Shown piece after piece: positions 48,552 to 59,212 of a stretch of 64,000 bases of DNA. The translations under genes and the position numbers were made by a program. The stretch lies in assembly GCA_937936785.1 (NCBI GenBank), contig CALDDQ010000004.1:66801-130800 (forward strand). The letters run 5' to 3'. Under the pieces are notes generated by a model. That model searched no databases and was not told the DNA's origin. It worked only from the letters and a program-made list of their open reading frames with translations. Position 1 is the stretch's first letter. Each line of letters starts with the position of its first letter. Origin of the DNA: an uncultured Endomicrobiia bacterium. Its GTDB lineage: Bacteria > Elusimicrobiota > Endomicrobiia > DTEH01.

Positions 48552-49499
48552 ATGGAACAAGTTATAGAAAAGTGGAATTCTGAGATTGTAACAACGGTTA
48601 TTGGTAGTACTAATATTAATGGTGGGACACGTTCTACTGTTATAAAAGTTGGTGGGCAGATGTCGTTGCCAATGTTGAGTTTTGAAGGAAAAATTCCAAA
48701 CAGACCTGTTGTTTTTGCAGAAGTTTTAGATTTTTTATCAGACGATTTGTGGCCACTGTTTTATTCAAACTATAGTGAAATGACAAAAGATTTGTTCAGT
48801 TGGATAAAAGAAATTGAGAAAAATGAACCAGATGGATTATGTATAAGGTTAACTTCTTGTGATCCTGAGACAAAAAATAATTCCACAGAATATATAAAAA
48901 AGATTATCCCGGAAATTTTAAAAATTACAAAATTGCCTTTGATATTTTTAGGATGTGACAATGTAGAACGTGATACAGAAATATTGCCACTTATTTGTGA
49001 AATTACTAGAGGAGAAAAAATTTTGGTTGGTATGGCAGTTAAAGAAAATTATAAAACAATTTCATTGTCTGCATATGCTAATGAACATAGTGTTATTGCA
49101 CAATCGCCTTTAGATATAAATTTAGCTAAACAGTTAAATATTTTAATAAATGATATTGGAGTTCCATTGGAAAGAATAGTTATGCATCATACAACAGGTG
49201 GGTTGGGATATGGGTTTGAATATTGTTATTCCATAATGGAACGTTGTCGGTTAGCAGGTTTGCAAGGAGATAAAGTTGTTGCAACCACAATTATAAATCT
49301 TGTTGGAGAAGAAACATGGAAAACAAAAGAATCTAAGGTAGGATTAGATGAAGAACCCAGATGGGGCAATCCATTACACAGGGCAATAAATTGGGAATTT
49401 GTAACTGCGTTAGGATATCTTCAAGCAGGGTCTGATATTTTAGTGTTAGTTCATCCTGAAAATATAAAAAATGTAAAAAGAATAATAAATACGTTTTAA
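48552..49499 (+). CDS. acsD: AcsD/CdhD-like protein (corrinoid iron-sulfur protein small subunit family)
   Basis: 'GSTNINGGTRSTVIKVGGQMSLPMLSFEGKIPNRPVV' and 'SPLDINLAKQLNILINDIGVPL...GGLGYGFEY..SIMERCRLAGLQGD' closely parallel Moorella AcsD as I recall it. Confidence 0.65.
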   Translation: MEQVIEKWNSEIVTTVIGSTNINGGTRSTVIKVGGQMSLPMLSFEGKIPNRPVVFAEVLDFLSDDLWPLFYSNYSEMTKDLFSWIKEIEKNEPDGLCIRLTSCDPETKNNSTEYIKKIIPEILKITKLPLIFLGCDNVERDTEILPLICEITRGEKILVGMAVKENYKTISLSAYANEHSVIAQSPLDINLAKQLNILINDIGVPLERIVMHHTTGGLGYGFEYCYSIMERCRLAGLQGDKVVATTIINLVGEETWKTKESKVGLDEEPRWGNPLHRAINWEFVTALGYLQAGSDILVLVHPENIKNVKRIINTF

Positions 49500-49515
49500 A
49501 AAATTTTTTTTATCG

Positions 49516-49544
49516 TTGACAAATTATTCAAAAACTTATATACA
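49516..49544 (+). promoter_or_regulatory. Sigma-70-like promoter for the rpsP operon: -35 TTGACA, a 17-nt spacer, -10 TATACA
   Basis: Read directly from the sequence: TTGACA at 49516-49521 and TATACA at 49539-49544. A strong RBS (AGGAGGTGGGAGG) follows about 30 nt downstream, ahead of the rpsP ATG at 49596. Confidence 0.5.
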
Positions 49545-49595
49545 GAAAAAATAACCTTTTTATAGATTGATAAAGAAAGGAGGTGGGAGGATTAT

Positions 49596-49877
49596 ATGTC
49601 AGTTGCAATAAGGTTGCAAAGAGTTGGTAAAACAAATCAGCCACAATATAGAATAGTTGTCATTGAAAATAAAAAACGAACTAAAGGAGAACCGTTAGCC
49701 ATTGTTGGTCACTATGATCCAACGAAACATAAGATAGAGTTAGAACCAGAAGAGTATGATAAATGGATAAATAACGGTGCACAACCAAGTGATACCGTTA
49801 AAAGTTTGTATAAGAAGTTTTCCAAAAAACAAAAGATTCAATCAGAGATTATTACAGCAATATCTTCAAACGTATAA
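49596..49877 (+). CDS. rpsP: 30S ribosomal protein S16
   Basis: 'MSVAIRLQRVGKTNQPQYRIVV' start. Confidence 0.95.
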   Translation: MSVAIRLQRVGKTNQPQYRIVVIENKKRTKGEPLAIVGHYDPTKHKIELEPEEYDKWINNGAQPSDTVKSLYKKFSKKQKIQSEIITAISSNV

Positions 49878-49928
49878 GTTTAAATCTAAAGAAAATCTAT
49901 TATCAAAAGCAAATAGTGAAAATTTACA

Positions 49929-50183
49929 ATGGAGGTTGAGAAAATGAAAGATTTAAAAGAACTGTTAATATTAGTTGTTAAAGCGTTGGTTGATTATCCT
50001 GAAAAAGTTGAAGTTAAAGAAGTAGGTGGTGAACAATCTCTTATATTAGAGCTAAAAGTTGCAGATACTGACCGTGGGAAAGTTATTGGTAAAGAAGGGA
50101 GAATAATACGTTCTATAAGAACGATAATAGGTTGCTCAGCAGCAAAATTAGGTAAAAGAGTAGTAATTGAGGTCATAGAATAA
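49929..50183 (+). CDS. KH-domain RNA-binding protein (YlqC family)
   Basis: 'VIGKEGRIIRSIRTII' GXXG motif. The gene sits between rpsP and rimM. Confidence 0.85.
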   Translation: MEVEKMKDLKELLILVVKALVDYPEKVEVKEVGGEQSLILELKVADTDRGKVIGKEGRIIRSIRTIIGCSAAKLGKRVVIEVIE

Positions 50184-50201
50184 AATATAACTTAATTTTT
50201 T

Positions 50202-50753
50202 GTGATATTAAGGATAGGCAAAGTACTAAGAGCAAAAGGTTTAAAAGGAGAGTTAGTTGGACAATTTTTGTTTTCGAGAATTATGCCTGGTGTGGGAGAT
50301 GATTTGTTCTTTGAAAAAAGTGTAATTTTTAGTGTAGAAAAATCAACTAATATTAAAAATTTTTTTGGTCCATACAAAGTTGAAAAAATAAAATTTTATA
50401 AATGGAGCAAAAATTCTTTTAAGAAGTATATAATAAAATTAAAAGATGTTAATGATTTAAACACAACAACTCTTTTAACTAATACTTTTATAGGGAAAGA
50501 AATTGATTTGTTACCAAAAAATGTTTTTCTTGTCTCAGAATTAAAAAAATGTGAGTTATACGATGATAAGAATAATTTCATAGGAAAAGTTGTGGATGTT
50601 GTTGAGAACAAGAATTACTATGCCTTATTAGTTGTAAAAAAAAATAATAGTGAAGAGATTTTTATTCCTTTTGTTAAAGATGTGATTGAAAAAATTGATT
50701 TAGTACACAAAAAAATTAGTTTAAAAAATGTGGATGGCATTCTTGAACAATAA
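50202..50753 (+). CDS. rimM: 16S rRNA processing protein RimM
   Basis: GTG start. 'LRIGKVLRAKGLKGE' N-terminus, in the conserved operon position. Confidence 0.8.
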   Translation: MILRIGKVLRAKGLKGELVGQFLFSRIMPGVGDDLFFEKSVIFSVEKSTNIKNFFGPYKVEKIKFYKWSKNSFKKYIIKLKDVNDLNTTTLLTNTFIGKEIDLLPKNVFLVSELKKCELYDDKNNFIGKVVDVVENKNYYALLVVKKNNSEEIFIPFVKDVIEKIDLVHKKISLKNVDGILEQ

Positions 50754-50764
50754 AAGGATTTCTG

Positions 50765-51544
50765 ATGAATATTGATGTGGTCACAATTTTTCCGGAGATG
50801 TTCAATTGTGTATTTAGTTATGGGGTAATTTCTAGAGCTATAAAAACAGGTAAGATAAATTTTAATGTACACAATTTACGTGATTATGCCTATGATAAAC
50901 ACAAAATTGTTGATGATAAACCTTATGGTGGTGGTTGTGGAATGGTGTTAAAGCCGGAACCTATTTGCCGTGCAATAAAAAAAATTAAAAGTAAAAAAAA
51001 GGTTTATGTAGTTTATATGTCACCACAGGGTAAAATACTTACTCAAAGTAAAGTTTTTGAACTATATAACAAAAAAAGTTTAATAATACTCTGTGGCAGA
51101 TATGAAGGTGTAGATGAACGTGTAATGCAATATGTTGATGAAGAAGTTTCTATAGGAGACTATGTCCTTACTGGTGGAGAGATTCCTGCAATGGTTTTAA
51201 TAGATAGTGTATGTAGGTATGTTGAAGGTGTAGTGAAAGAAAAAGGATCTTTAGAAAAAGAAAGTTTTTTGAATAAATTTTTGGATTATCCACAATATAC
51301 AAGACCATATAAATATTTAGGCAAGTCAGTCCCTAAAATTTTAGTTTCAGGAAATCATAAAGGAATAGAACTATACAGAAAAAAAGAGAGTATAAGAAAT
51401 ACTTTTAAAAAACGGCCTGATTTGTTAGAAAAAGTGTGTCTTACAGAAGAAGAAAGTAAAATTTTATCAGAAATTATTATGGAGGAAAAAAATGAGTTTA
51501 GATCTTTCAATGTTAGATCAAAATGTAACAAAAAAAATAAATGA
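50765..51544 (+). CDS. trmD: tRNA (m1G37) methyltransferase
   Basis: '[11 protein letters not shown]' start and '[12 protein letters not shown]'. Confidence 0.9.
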   Translation: MNIDVVTIFPEMFNCVFSYGVISRAIKTGKINFNVHNLRDYAYDKHKIVDDKPYGGGCGMVLKPEPICRAIKKIKSKKKVYVVYMSPQGKILTQSKVFELYNKKSLIILCGRYEGVDERVMQYVDEEVSIGDYVLTGGEIPAMVLIDSVCRYVEGVVKEKGSLEKESFLNKFLDYPQYTRPYKYLGKSVPKILVSGNHKGIELYRKKESIRNTFKKRPDLLEKVCLTEEESKILSEIIMEEKNEFRSFNVRSKCNKKNK

Positions 51545-51869
51545 ATTTTCAGTAGGAGATTTGGTAAAAGTTAATTTTAAATTTAAAGAAGATGGAGTGG
51601 ATAAAAATCAAGTTTTTGAAGGAGTAGTAATTGCAAAACGTGGTCGTGGTATGAACGCAACTTTTACTGTGAGAAAAATTTCTTATGGTGTTGGAGTAGA
51701 AAGAATTTTTCCTTTATATTCTCCATCTATAGAATCAATTACAGTAGTAAAAAAAAGTAAAGTAAGACGTGCAAAATTGTATTATTTAAGAAAAAAAGTC
51801 GGTAAAGAAGCTAAGATGCAAGAAGTTAGAGATACAAAAGAAACTGTTGATAATAAAAAAATACAATAA
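51492..51869 (+). CDS. rplS: 50S ribosomal protein L19
   Basis: '[37 protein letters not shown]' and 'RRAKLYYLR'. A GGAGG RBS lies 7 nt upstream. The gene overlaps the trmD 3' end. Confidence 0.9.
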   Translation: MSLDLSMLDQNVTKKINEFSVGDLVKVNFKFKEDGVDKNQVFEGVVIAKRGRGMNATFTVRKISYGVGVERIFPLYSPSIESITVVKKSKVRRAKLYYLRKKVGKEAKMQEVRDTKETVDNKKIQ

Positions 51870-52476
51870 AGTGTCAAGGGAAATATTTGATTTTGATAAT
51901 AGCATTAGAAAAAAGTTTAAAACAGAAAATCTTTGTGGAGTGGACGAGGTTGGACGAGGTAGTATAGCAGGACCTTTAGTTGCTGCATCAGTGGTTTTCT
52001 CATCTAAAAATTATATTTCGCAATTAAAAGAATCAAAAAGTGTTTGTGCAAAAAAAAGGAAAATTTTGTTTAAAGAAATTTTAAACACTGCAAAAGATAT
52101 TTCGTGTTGCATAGTTTCAACTAAATGTGTCAATAAAGAAGGTCTTGGTCAAGCAAATATTATAGCGTTAAAATCAGCCGTAGAAAAGTTAGATACGGAT
52201 TTTAGAATAGTAGTTGTTGATGGATATAAAATAAACAATCTTGATAAAAAACAAATTCCATTAATCAAAGGAGATCAAAAAAGTGCTGTTGTTGCTGCAG
52301 CATCTATAATTGCTAAAGTTATAAGAGACACAATTATGGAATTTTATGATAAAATAATTCCTGAGTATAATTTTTGTAAAAATAAAGGTTATGCTACAAA
52401 AAATCATAGAAAAATTGTTTCTTTTTTAGGTTTAAGTGAATTACACAGAAAATATGCATATAAATTCATATCATAA
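51847..52476 (+). CDS. rnhB: Ribonuclease HII
   Basis: '[15 protein letters not shown]' start and 'DGYKIN' region. Confidence 0.9.
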   Translation: MIIKKYNKVSREIFDFDNSIRKKFKTENLCGVDEVGRGSIAGPLVAASVVFSSKNYISQLKESKSVCAKKRKILFKEILNTAKDISCCIVSTKCVNKEGLGQANIIALKSAVEKLDTDFRIVVVDGYKINNLDKKQIPLIKGDQKSAVVAAASIIAKVIRDTIMEFYDKIIPEYNFCKNKGYATKNHRKIVSFLGLSELHRKYAYKFIS

Positions 52477-52825
52477 TAGGCGAATTATAGGAAATATAGC
52501 AGAAAAGTTTGTGTGTGAATATTTAATAAAAAAAGGGTATAGAATAATAGAAAAGAATTATCGGGCACAAGTTGGGGAGATAGATATTATTGCTTATTAT
52601 CCACAAAATGATTGTCTTGTTTTTGTAGAGGTAAAATATAGGAAAAATGATTTTTATGGTTTACCACAGGAGGCAGTAACAAAAACGAAACAAGATAAAA
52701 TTATAAAAACGGCAATGATATATCTGAAACAAACTAAAATTAAATATAACAATTACAGATTTGATGTGTTGGCAGTTTTTGACAATAACAAAATAGATCA
52801 CATTGAAAATGCGTTTATGATTTAA
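52436..52825 (+). CDS. yraN: YraN family (UPF0102) endonuclease-like protein
   Basis: 'GEIDIIAY...LVFVEVKYR' PD-(D/E)xK-like core, located after rnhB. Confidence 0.8.
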   Translation: MNYTENMHINSYHNRRIIGNIAEKFVCEYLIKKGYRIIEKNYRAQVGEIDIIAYYPQNDCLVFVEVKYRKNDFYGLPQEAVTKTKQDKIIKTAMIYLKQTKIKYNNYRFDVLAVFDNNKIDHIENAFMI

Positions 52826-52842
52826 ATAAAAGAGATAAAAAA

Positions 52843-54231
52843 ATGTTTTGGTTTAAATACAGAAGAGCTATTGATTTTATAGATAAAGAAAATTATGATG
52901 AAGCATTTTTTATACTATCAAACCTAATTAACAAAAACAAAAATAAACCAGAATTATATGTCTCATTGGCAAAAGTATTATTAACAAAAGGAAAAGTAAA
53001 AGAAGCTAAAATAAAATTGCAACAAATGTTGTCTATCAAAGGTTGGTATAAAAAAGGTATCATTAAAGATATTTTAGAGATAACCAACTGGAAAATGTTA
53101 GTAGAGAATAAATTTTTTTGTAAAGAACCATGTTTTTCTCCTGATGGTGAAAAGATATTGTTTATTATGGCAAACAAAGATACAAATGAAGATGATAAAA
53201 TTAATAATTCTGACAGATGTGGAATATATCAAATAGATCGAACAGGAAAATCAATGACATGTTTAGTTGAAGATAAGTATTATAATTCATCTGCAAAATT
53301 TTCTCCAGATAATAAATATATAGTTTTTTTATCAGCTCGCAGAGATACAAACAACGACAACAAATTAGACAATCATGATGATTTAGGTATGTATATTTTA
53401 AATCTCGTTACGGGAGAAGAAAAATTGTTAGTCGAGGATGTTTATAAACCTAAACATCCATCTTTTTCACCAGATGGGAAGAAGATTATATTTACTTGCT
53501 GGAGATCACCGGGAAGTTTTAGTGGTGTTTATGAAATAGAGATAGAAACTTTAAACATAAAAACTTTGGTTAGAGAAACTTATGAGAATGCTTTTCCTTC
53601 ATATTCTCCTGATGGTTCAAGAATAGTTTATTCTTCTTGGAGAGATGAAAATTTAGCCTATGGTTCTGTTATTGGTAAATCGGCAATTTATGTAAAAGAT
53701 TTATATTCTATGAGTGAAATTTGTATATCTTCAGATAAATATATAAATTCATTCCCAATATTTTCTAATAAAGGTCGTTATATTGCTTATCTTAGTAAAA
53801 GGCGTGATACAAATAATGATGGAGTTATTAATTCGTTAGACAATGATGGTTTGTATATATACGATTTGTGTGATAAAAAAGAATTTTTGATAAATTCTGA
53901 TATGTATTATAATAAATATGCAAATTTTACATTTGATGATAAAAACATAATTTTTTTATCAAATTATAATGAAAATTATAATAAAAAAACTGAAAAAAGT
54001 TATTTTGATTTTAAAGGAATTTGTAAATCTGACTGTAGTGGCAAAAAAAAGTATCAAATTGTTTCTAACAAGTATAACGGTTGTGTGTCTTTAGAAGTAT
54101 CAAAAACAAGAGATGAAATAGTATATGTTTCTTTTAGAAGGGATACTTTAAGAGGTTTATACCTTGCTTATTTAAAAGGTTGGCCGTCTAAGGAAGAAAT
54201 TGTAGAAATTATAAACAAAAACTTAATATGA
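52843..54231 (+). CDS. TolB-like PD40 beta-propeller repeat protein with inserted Asp/Asn-rich loops
   Basis: Repeated 'FSPDGK.I.F' and 'YSPDGSRIVY' PD40 motifs. Three loops read 'RRDTNNDNKLDNHDD', 'KRRDTNNDGVINSLDNDG' and 'KDTNEDDKINNSD'. Confidence 0.7.
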   Translation: MFWFKYRRAIDFIDKENYDEAFFILSNLINKNKNKPELYVSLAKVLLTKGKVKEAKIKLQQMLSIKGWYKKGIIKDILEITNWKMLVENKFFCKEPCFSPDGEKILFIMANKDTNEDDKINNSDRCGIYQIDRTGKSMTCLVEDKYYNSSAKFSPDNKYIVFLSARRDTNNDNKLDNHDDLGMYILNLVTGEEKLLVEDVYKPKHPSFSPDGKKIIFTCWRSPGSFSGVYEIEIETLNIKTLVRETYENAFPSYSPDGSRIVYSSWRDENLAYGSVIGKSAIYVKDLYSMSEICISSDKYINSFPIFSNKGRYIAYLSKRRDTNNDGVINSLDNDGLYIYDLCDKKEFLINSDMYYNKYANFTFDDKNIIFLSNYNENYNKKTEKSYFDFKGICKSDCSGKKKYQIVSNKYNGCVSLEVSKTRDEIVYVSFRRDTLRGLYLAYLKGWPSKEEIVEIINKNLI

Positions 54232-55607
54232 AACGTAAAAATATTTGGTATTTATATGTTTTTACAAAAATTTTAGGAGATTTGTTGTTATCACTGGTAA
54301 TATTTTTTTCTTCGTATTATTTAAGGTTTTATAACAAAATTTTTATATCTTTTTTTCCAGTGGTAAAAGGTATTCCAGATTTTAGTTTTTATTTAGAATT
54401 TGTTCCATTTTATATTTTAGTAATATTTTTCACATATATTTATCGTGGTTATTATAAAAAAATATTGTTAAGTGCAATAGATGAATTTGTTACAGTTTTT
54501 GTTGGATCTATTATTTCAGGAATTTTGTTATTAGCAATAGGATTTTTTTATAGAGGATACGAGTATTCAAGGTTGTTTATTATAATAGTGGTACTAAAAA
54601 ATATTTTTATAATATATTTTTGGCATCAACTCATAAAAAAAATTTATGTTAAATATATAAAATACATTTTTGGAAAACCGCGTATTGCTATCATAGGTCC
54701 AGATGATAGAATAAGAATTATCCGAGACAGAGTCGTTAAAGAAAAAACAATTAGACCATATTTTTTGACAAACGTTAATAAAAAAGAAGATGTATTGCTT
54801 TTTTTGGAAGAAAAAAATATTAGTGAGTTAATAATAGATTATCATATTTTTAACAGTTATATATTCCAAGATTTGTTGCCAGAGATAGATGCAAAAAATG
54901 TTGAAATGAAAATTTTTGTTGATATTCCAGTTAGATTATCAGATACTACAATTGATGCTACTTTAGGTATTCCAGTGATAACAATAAAACCAGTTTCTTT
55001 ATCAGCAACAAATTTTTTTGTTAAAAGAACTATAGACATTTTGGTTTCAATTTTAGTATTGTCTATATTAGTAATACCATTTATTTTAATTGCAATTCTT
55101 ATAAAATTAGATTCTGAAGGTCCGGTGATATATTCACAAGATAGGGTAGGACTGAGAGGAAAAAAATTTAAATTTTTTAAGTTTAGAAGTATGTATAAAA
55201 ATGCTCATAGTAAGTGGTATAGTTTATTAAACATAAGCGAACGAGGAGAAAAAGTTTTTAAGATTAAAAATGATCCACGTATAACAAGAGTTGGTAGAAT
55301 ATTAAGAAAATATAGTATTGACGAGTTACCACAATTTTTTAATATTTTAAAAGGTGATATGAGCATTGTAGGTCCAAGACCACAAATTGTTGAAGAAGTA
55401 AATTTTTATGATAATTATGCAAGAAGAAGATTAATGGTAATTCCTGGACTTACAGGTCTGTGGCAGGTTTCTGGTCGTGCGGATGTGAGTTATGAAGATA
55501 TGTTAAAATTAGATTTATATTATTTAGAGAATTGGTCCATAGGATTAGATTTAAAAATTATTTATAAAACTTTTTCTGCCATTTTTTCAAAAAAAGGAGC
55601 TTATTAA
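54228..55607 (+). CDS. Polyprenyl-phosphate sugar phosphotransferase (WbaP/bacterial sugar transferase family)
   Basis: N-terminal TM region. C-terminal motifs 'FKFRSM', 'DPRITRVGRILRKYSIDELPQ' and 'MSIVGPRP'. Confidence 0.85.
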   Translation: MKRKNIWYLYVFTKILGDLLLSLVIFFSSYYLRFYNKIFISFFPVVKGIPDFSFYLEFVPFYILVIFFTYIYRGYYKKILLSAIDEFVTVFVGSIISGILLLAIGFFYRGYEYSRLFIIIVVLKNIFIIYFWHQLIKKIYVKYIKYIFGKPRIAIIGPDDRIRIIRDRVVKEKTIRPYFLTNVNKKEDVLLFLEEKNISELIIDYHIFNSYIFQDLLPEIDAKNVEMKIFVDIPVRLSDTTIDATLGIPVITIKPVSLSATNFFVKRTIDILVSILVLSILVIPFILIAILIKLDSEGPVIYSQDRVGLRGKKFKFFKFRSMYKNAHSKWYSLLNISERGEKVFKIKNDPRITRVGRILRKYSIDELPQFFNILKGDMSIVGPRPQIVEEVNFYDNYARRRLMVIPGLTGLWQVSGRADVSYEDMLKLDLYYLENWSIGLDLKIIYKTFSAIFSKKGAY

Positions 55608-55614
55608 AAATTAA

Positions 55615-56646
55615 ATGAAAGCGTTTGTTATGGCAGCAGGGATTGGTACAAGGCTAAGACCTTTAACTTATCATATCCCAAAACCTTTAGTTCCAATAGT
55701 GAACATTCCTGTAATAGGGCATTTAATGCGAAATTTGTCCGACCATGGTATAAGTAAAGTTATGGCGAACTTACATTATTATCCGCATATGATAACATCA
55801 TATTTGAACGGTGGAAAAAGATGGGATTTGCAGATACACTATTCATATGAAAAAACCCTTTTAGGAACAGCAGGTGGAGTAAAGTTACAGGAAAAATTTT
55901 TTGATGATACTTTTATTGTTACTTCTGCAGACGGGTTAAGTGATATAAATTTTTCCGATTTGATAAAATATCATAAATCAAAAAAATCTATTGCAACCAT
56001 TGCACTGAAAAGTATTAATGTTAAGTTAGAATATGGTGTAGTTGAGACAGATAAAAAATTTAAGATAAAAAAATTTGTAGAAAAACCTTTTTGGGGAGAT
56101 ATTTATTCTGATTATGTAAACACTGGTATTTATGTTTTAGAACCAGAAATTTTTAAATATATTCCAAAAAATACTGAATATGATTTTGGGAAACAATTGT
56201 TGCCAAAATTAGTTGAAAAAGGATTACCTGTTTATGGATATTTAATGAAAGAATATTGGTGTGATGTTGGTAATTTGCAAGAATATAAAAAAGCTCAACA
56301 CGATTGTTTAGATGGAAAAGTGAAAGTTTTAATAAATGGTGAACAGATTGAACCTAATGTTTGGGTGGGAAAAGGGACTAAAATACCAAAATCGTTGAAA
56401 ATAATTCCTCCGGTAGTAATAGGTAGAAATGTTAAACTGGGAAAAAATTGTGCTGTTGGCAATTATTCTGTTATTGGTAGTATGTCAGAATTTGGTAATT
56501 TAGTAAAAATTAACGATTCTATTCTATGGCCTAAAGTGAAAGTAAAATCGCATGTAAACTTAAATTCTTGTATTATAGGATATTCAGCAGTTGTTTCAGA
56601 AAGTATTTCAATGTTTGAAGGAGCAGTTTTGAATATAAAAGTGTAA
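55615..56646 (+). CDS. Sugar-1-phosphate nucleotidyltransferase with a C-terminal left-handed beta-helix
   Basis: 'AFVMAAGIGTRLRPLTYHIPKPLVPI' is an NTP-transferase start. The C-terminus has hexapeptide-like repeats. Confidence 0.8.
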   Translation: MKAFVMAAGIGTRLRPLTYHIPKPLVPIVNIPVIGHLMRNLSDHGISKVMANLHYYPHMITSYLNGGKRWDLQIHYSYEKTLLGTAGGVKLQEKFFDDTFIVTSADGLSDINFSDLIKYHKSKKSIATIALKSINVKLEYGVVETDKKFKIKKFVEKPFWGDIYSDYVNTGIYVLEPEIFKYIPKNTEYDFGKQLLPKLVEKGLPVYGYLMKEYWCDVGNLQEYKKAQHDCLDGKVKVLINGEQIEPNVWVGKGTKIPKSLKIIPPVVIGRNVKLGKNCAVGNYSVIGSMSEFGNLVKINDSILWPKVKVKSHVNLNSCIIGYSAVVSESISMFEGAVLNIKV

Positions 56647-56682
56647 TAATATCAAAAAAATTATAAAAAAGGAGAAAAATTT

Positions 56683-57861
56683 ATGTATCCAAAAAATATG
56701 TTTTTTACTTCAGAATCGGTAACAGAAGGACATCCAGATAAAGTTTGTGACCAAATTTCGGATGCTGTGTTAGATGAATGTTTAAAACAAGACAAAAATT
56801 CGCATGTTGCTTGTGAAACATTTGTTACTATGGGTCTTGTTATTGTAGGTGGAGAAATTACGACAAAAGGGTTTATTAATGTTCACAAGATTGTTCGTGA
56901 GATAATAAAAAATATAGGTTACACTTCGCCAAGATATGGGTTTGACTATGAAACATGTTCAATTTTAAATGCTATACATTCACAATCACCAGACATTGCA
57001 CAAGGTGTTAATAGAGGGAAAGAAATTGGTGCTGGTGATCAGGGAACAATGTTTGGTTATGCAAATAACCAAACAAAAGAGTATATGCCTTTACCAATAT
57101 CTTTAGCACATAAGTTATCATTAAAACTTACCGAAGTTAGGAAAAAAAATGTTATTCCCTACTTAGGTCCTGATGGTAAATCACAAGTTACAATTGAATA
57201 CAGAGATGGTGAACCAGTACGCACAGATTATGTAGTTATTGCAACACAACATACGGAAGATGTTGTTTCTAAAGATGGTAAACATATGGTAGAAAGTGCA
57301 AAAAAAGAAATTATAAATAAAGTTGTAGAACCTGTTTTGGGAAAATATTTAGATGAAAAAACAAAGATTACAATTAACGGTACAGGAAAATTTGTTGTTG
57401 GAGGTCCTCAGTCAGATACAGGTATGACTGGTAGAAAAATTATAGTTGATACTTATGGAGGATGGTCTGTTCATGGAGGGGGAGCTTTTTCAGGTAAGGA
57501 TCCAACAAAAGTTGACCGCACAGCGTCTTATATGTCAAGATACATTGCAAAAAATATTGTTTATGCAGGTTTAGCAGAAGAATGTCTTGTGCAACTTGCT
57601 TATTGTATTGGTATTATTGAACCAGTATCTGTTATGGTTCACACGTATGGTTCAGGTAAAATTTCAGATGAAAGATTAGCAAAATTAGTTAAAAAAGTTT
57701 TTCCACTAAGTCCAAAAGGTATGATTGAACATTTAAAATTATTTCGTCCAATATATCAAAAAACTGCAGCATATGGACATTTTGGTCGTTTGGATAACGA
57801 TTTTACCTGGGAAAACCTTGATGCGAAAGAAGAGTTGTTAAGCAATATTAAAAAAGTGTAA
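56683..57861 (+). CDS. metK: S-adenosylmethionine synthetase
   Basis: '[24 protein letters not shown]' and '[12 protein letters not shown]' motifs. Confidence 0.95.
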   Translation: MYPKNMFFTSESVTEGHPDKVCDQISDAVLDECLKQDKNSHVACETFVTMGLVIVGGEITTKGFINVHKIVREIIKNIGYTSPRYGFDYETCSILNAIHSQSPDIAQGVNRGKEIGAGDQGTMFGYANNQTKEYMPLPISLAHKLSLKLTEVRKKNVIPYLGPDGKSQVTIEYRDGEPVRTDYVVIATQHTEDVVSKDGKHMVESAKKEIINKVVEPVLGKYLDEKTKITINGTGKFVVGGPQSDTGMTGRKIIVDTYGGWSVHGGGAFSGKDPTKVDRTASYMSRYIAKNIVYAGLAEECLVQLAYCIGIIEPVSVMVHTYGSGKISDERLAKLVKKVFPLSPKGMIEHLKLFRPIYQKTAAYGHFGRLDNDFTWENLDAKEELLSNIKKV

Positions 57862-57867
57862 GTTTAA

Positions 57868-59166
<1,299 letters not shown>

Positions 59167-59212
59167 AAAAAATTAATTTTTTGAATATTTTTATAAAATA
59201 AAAGGATATTTT

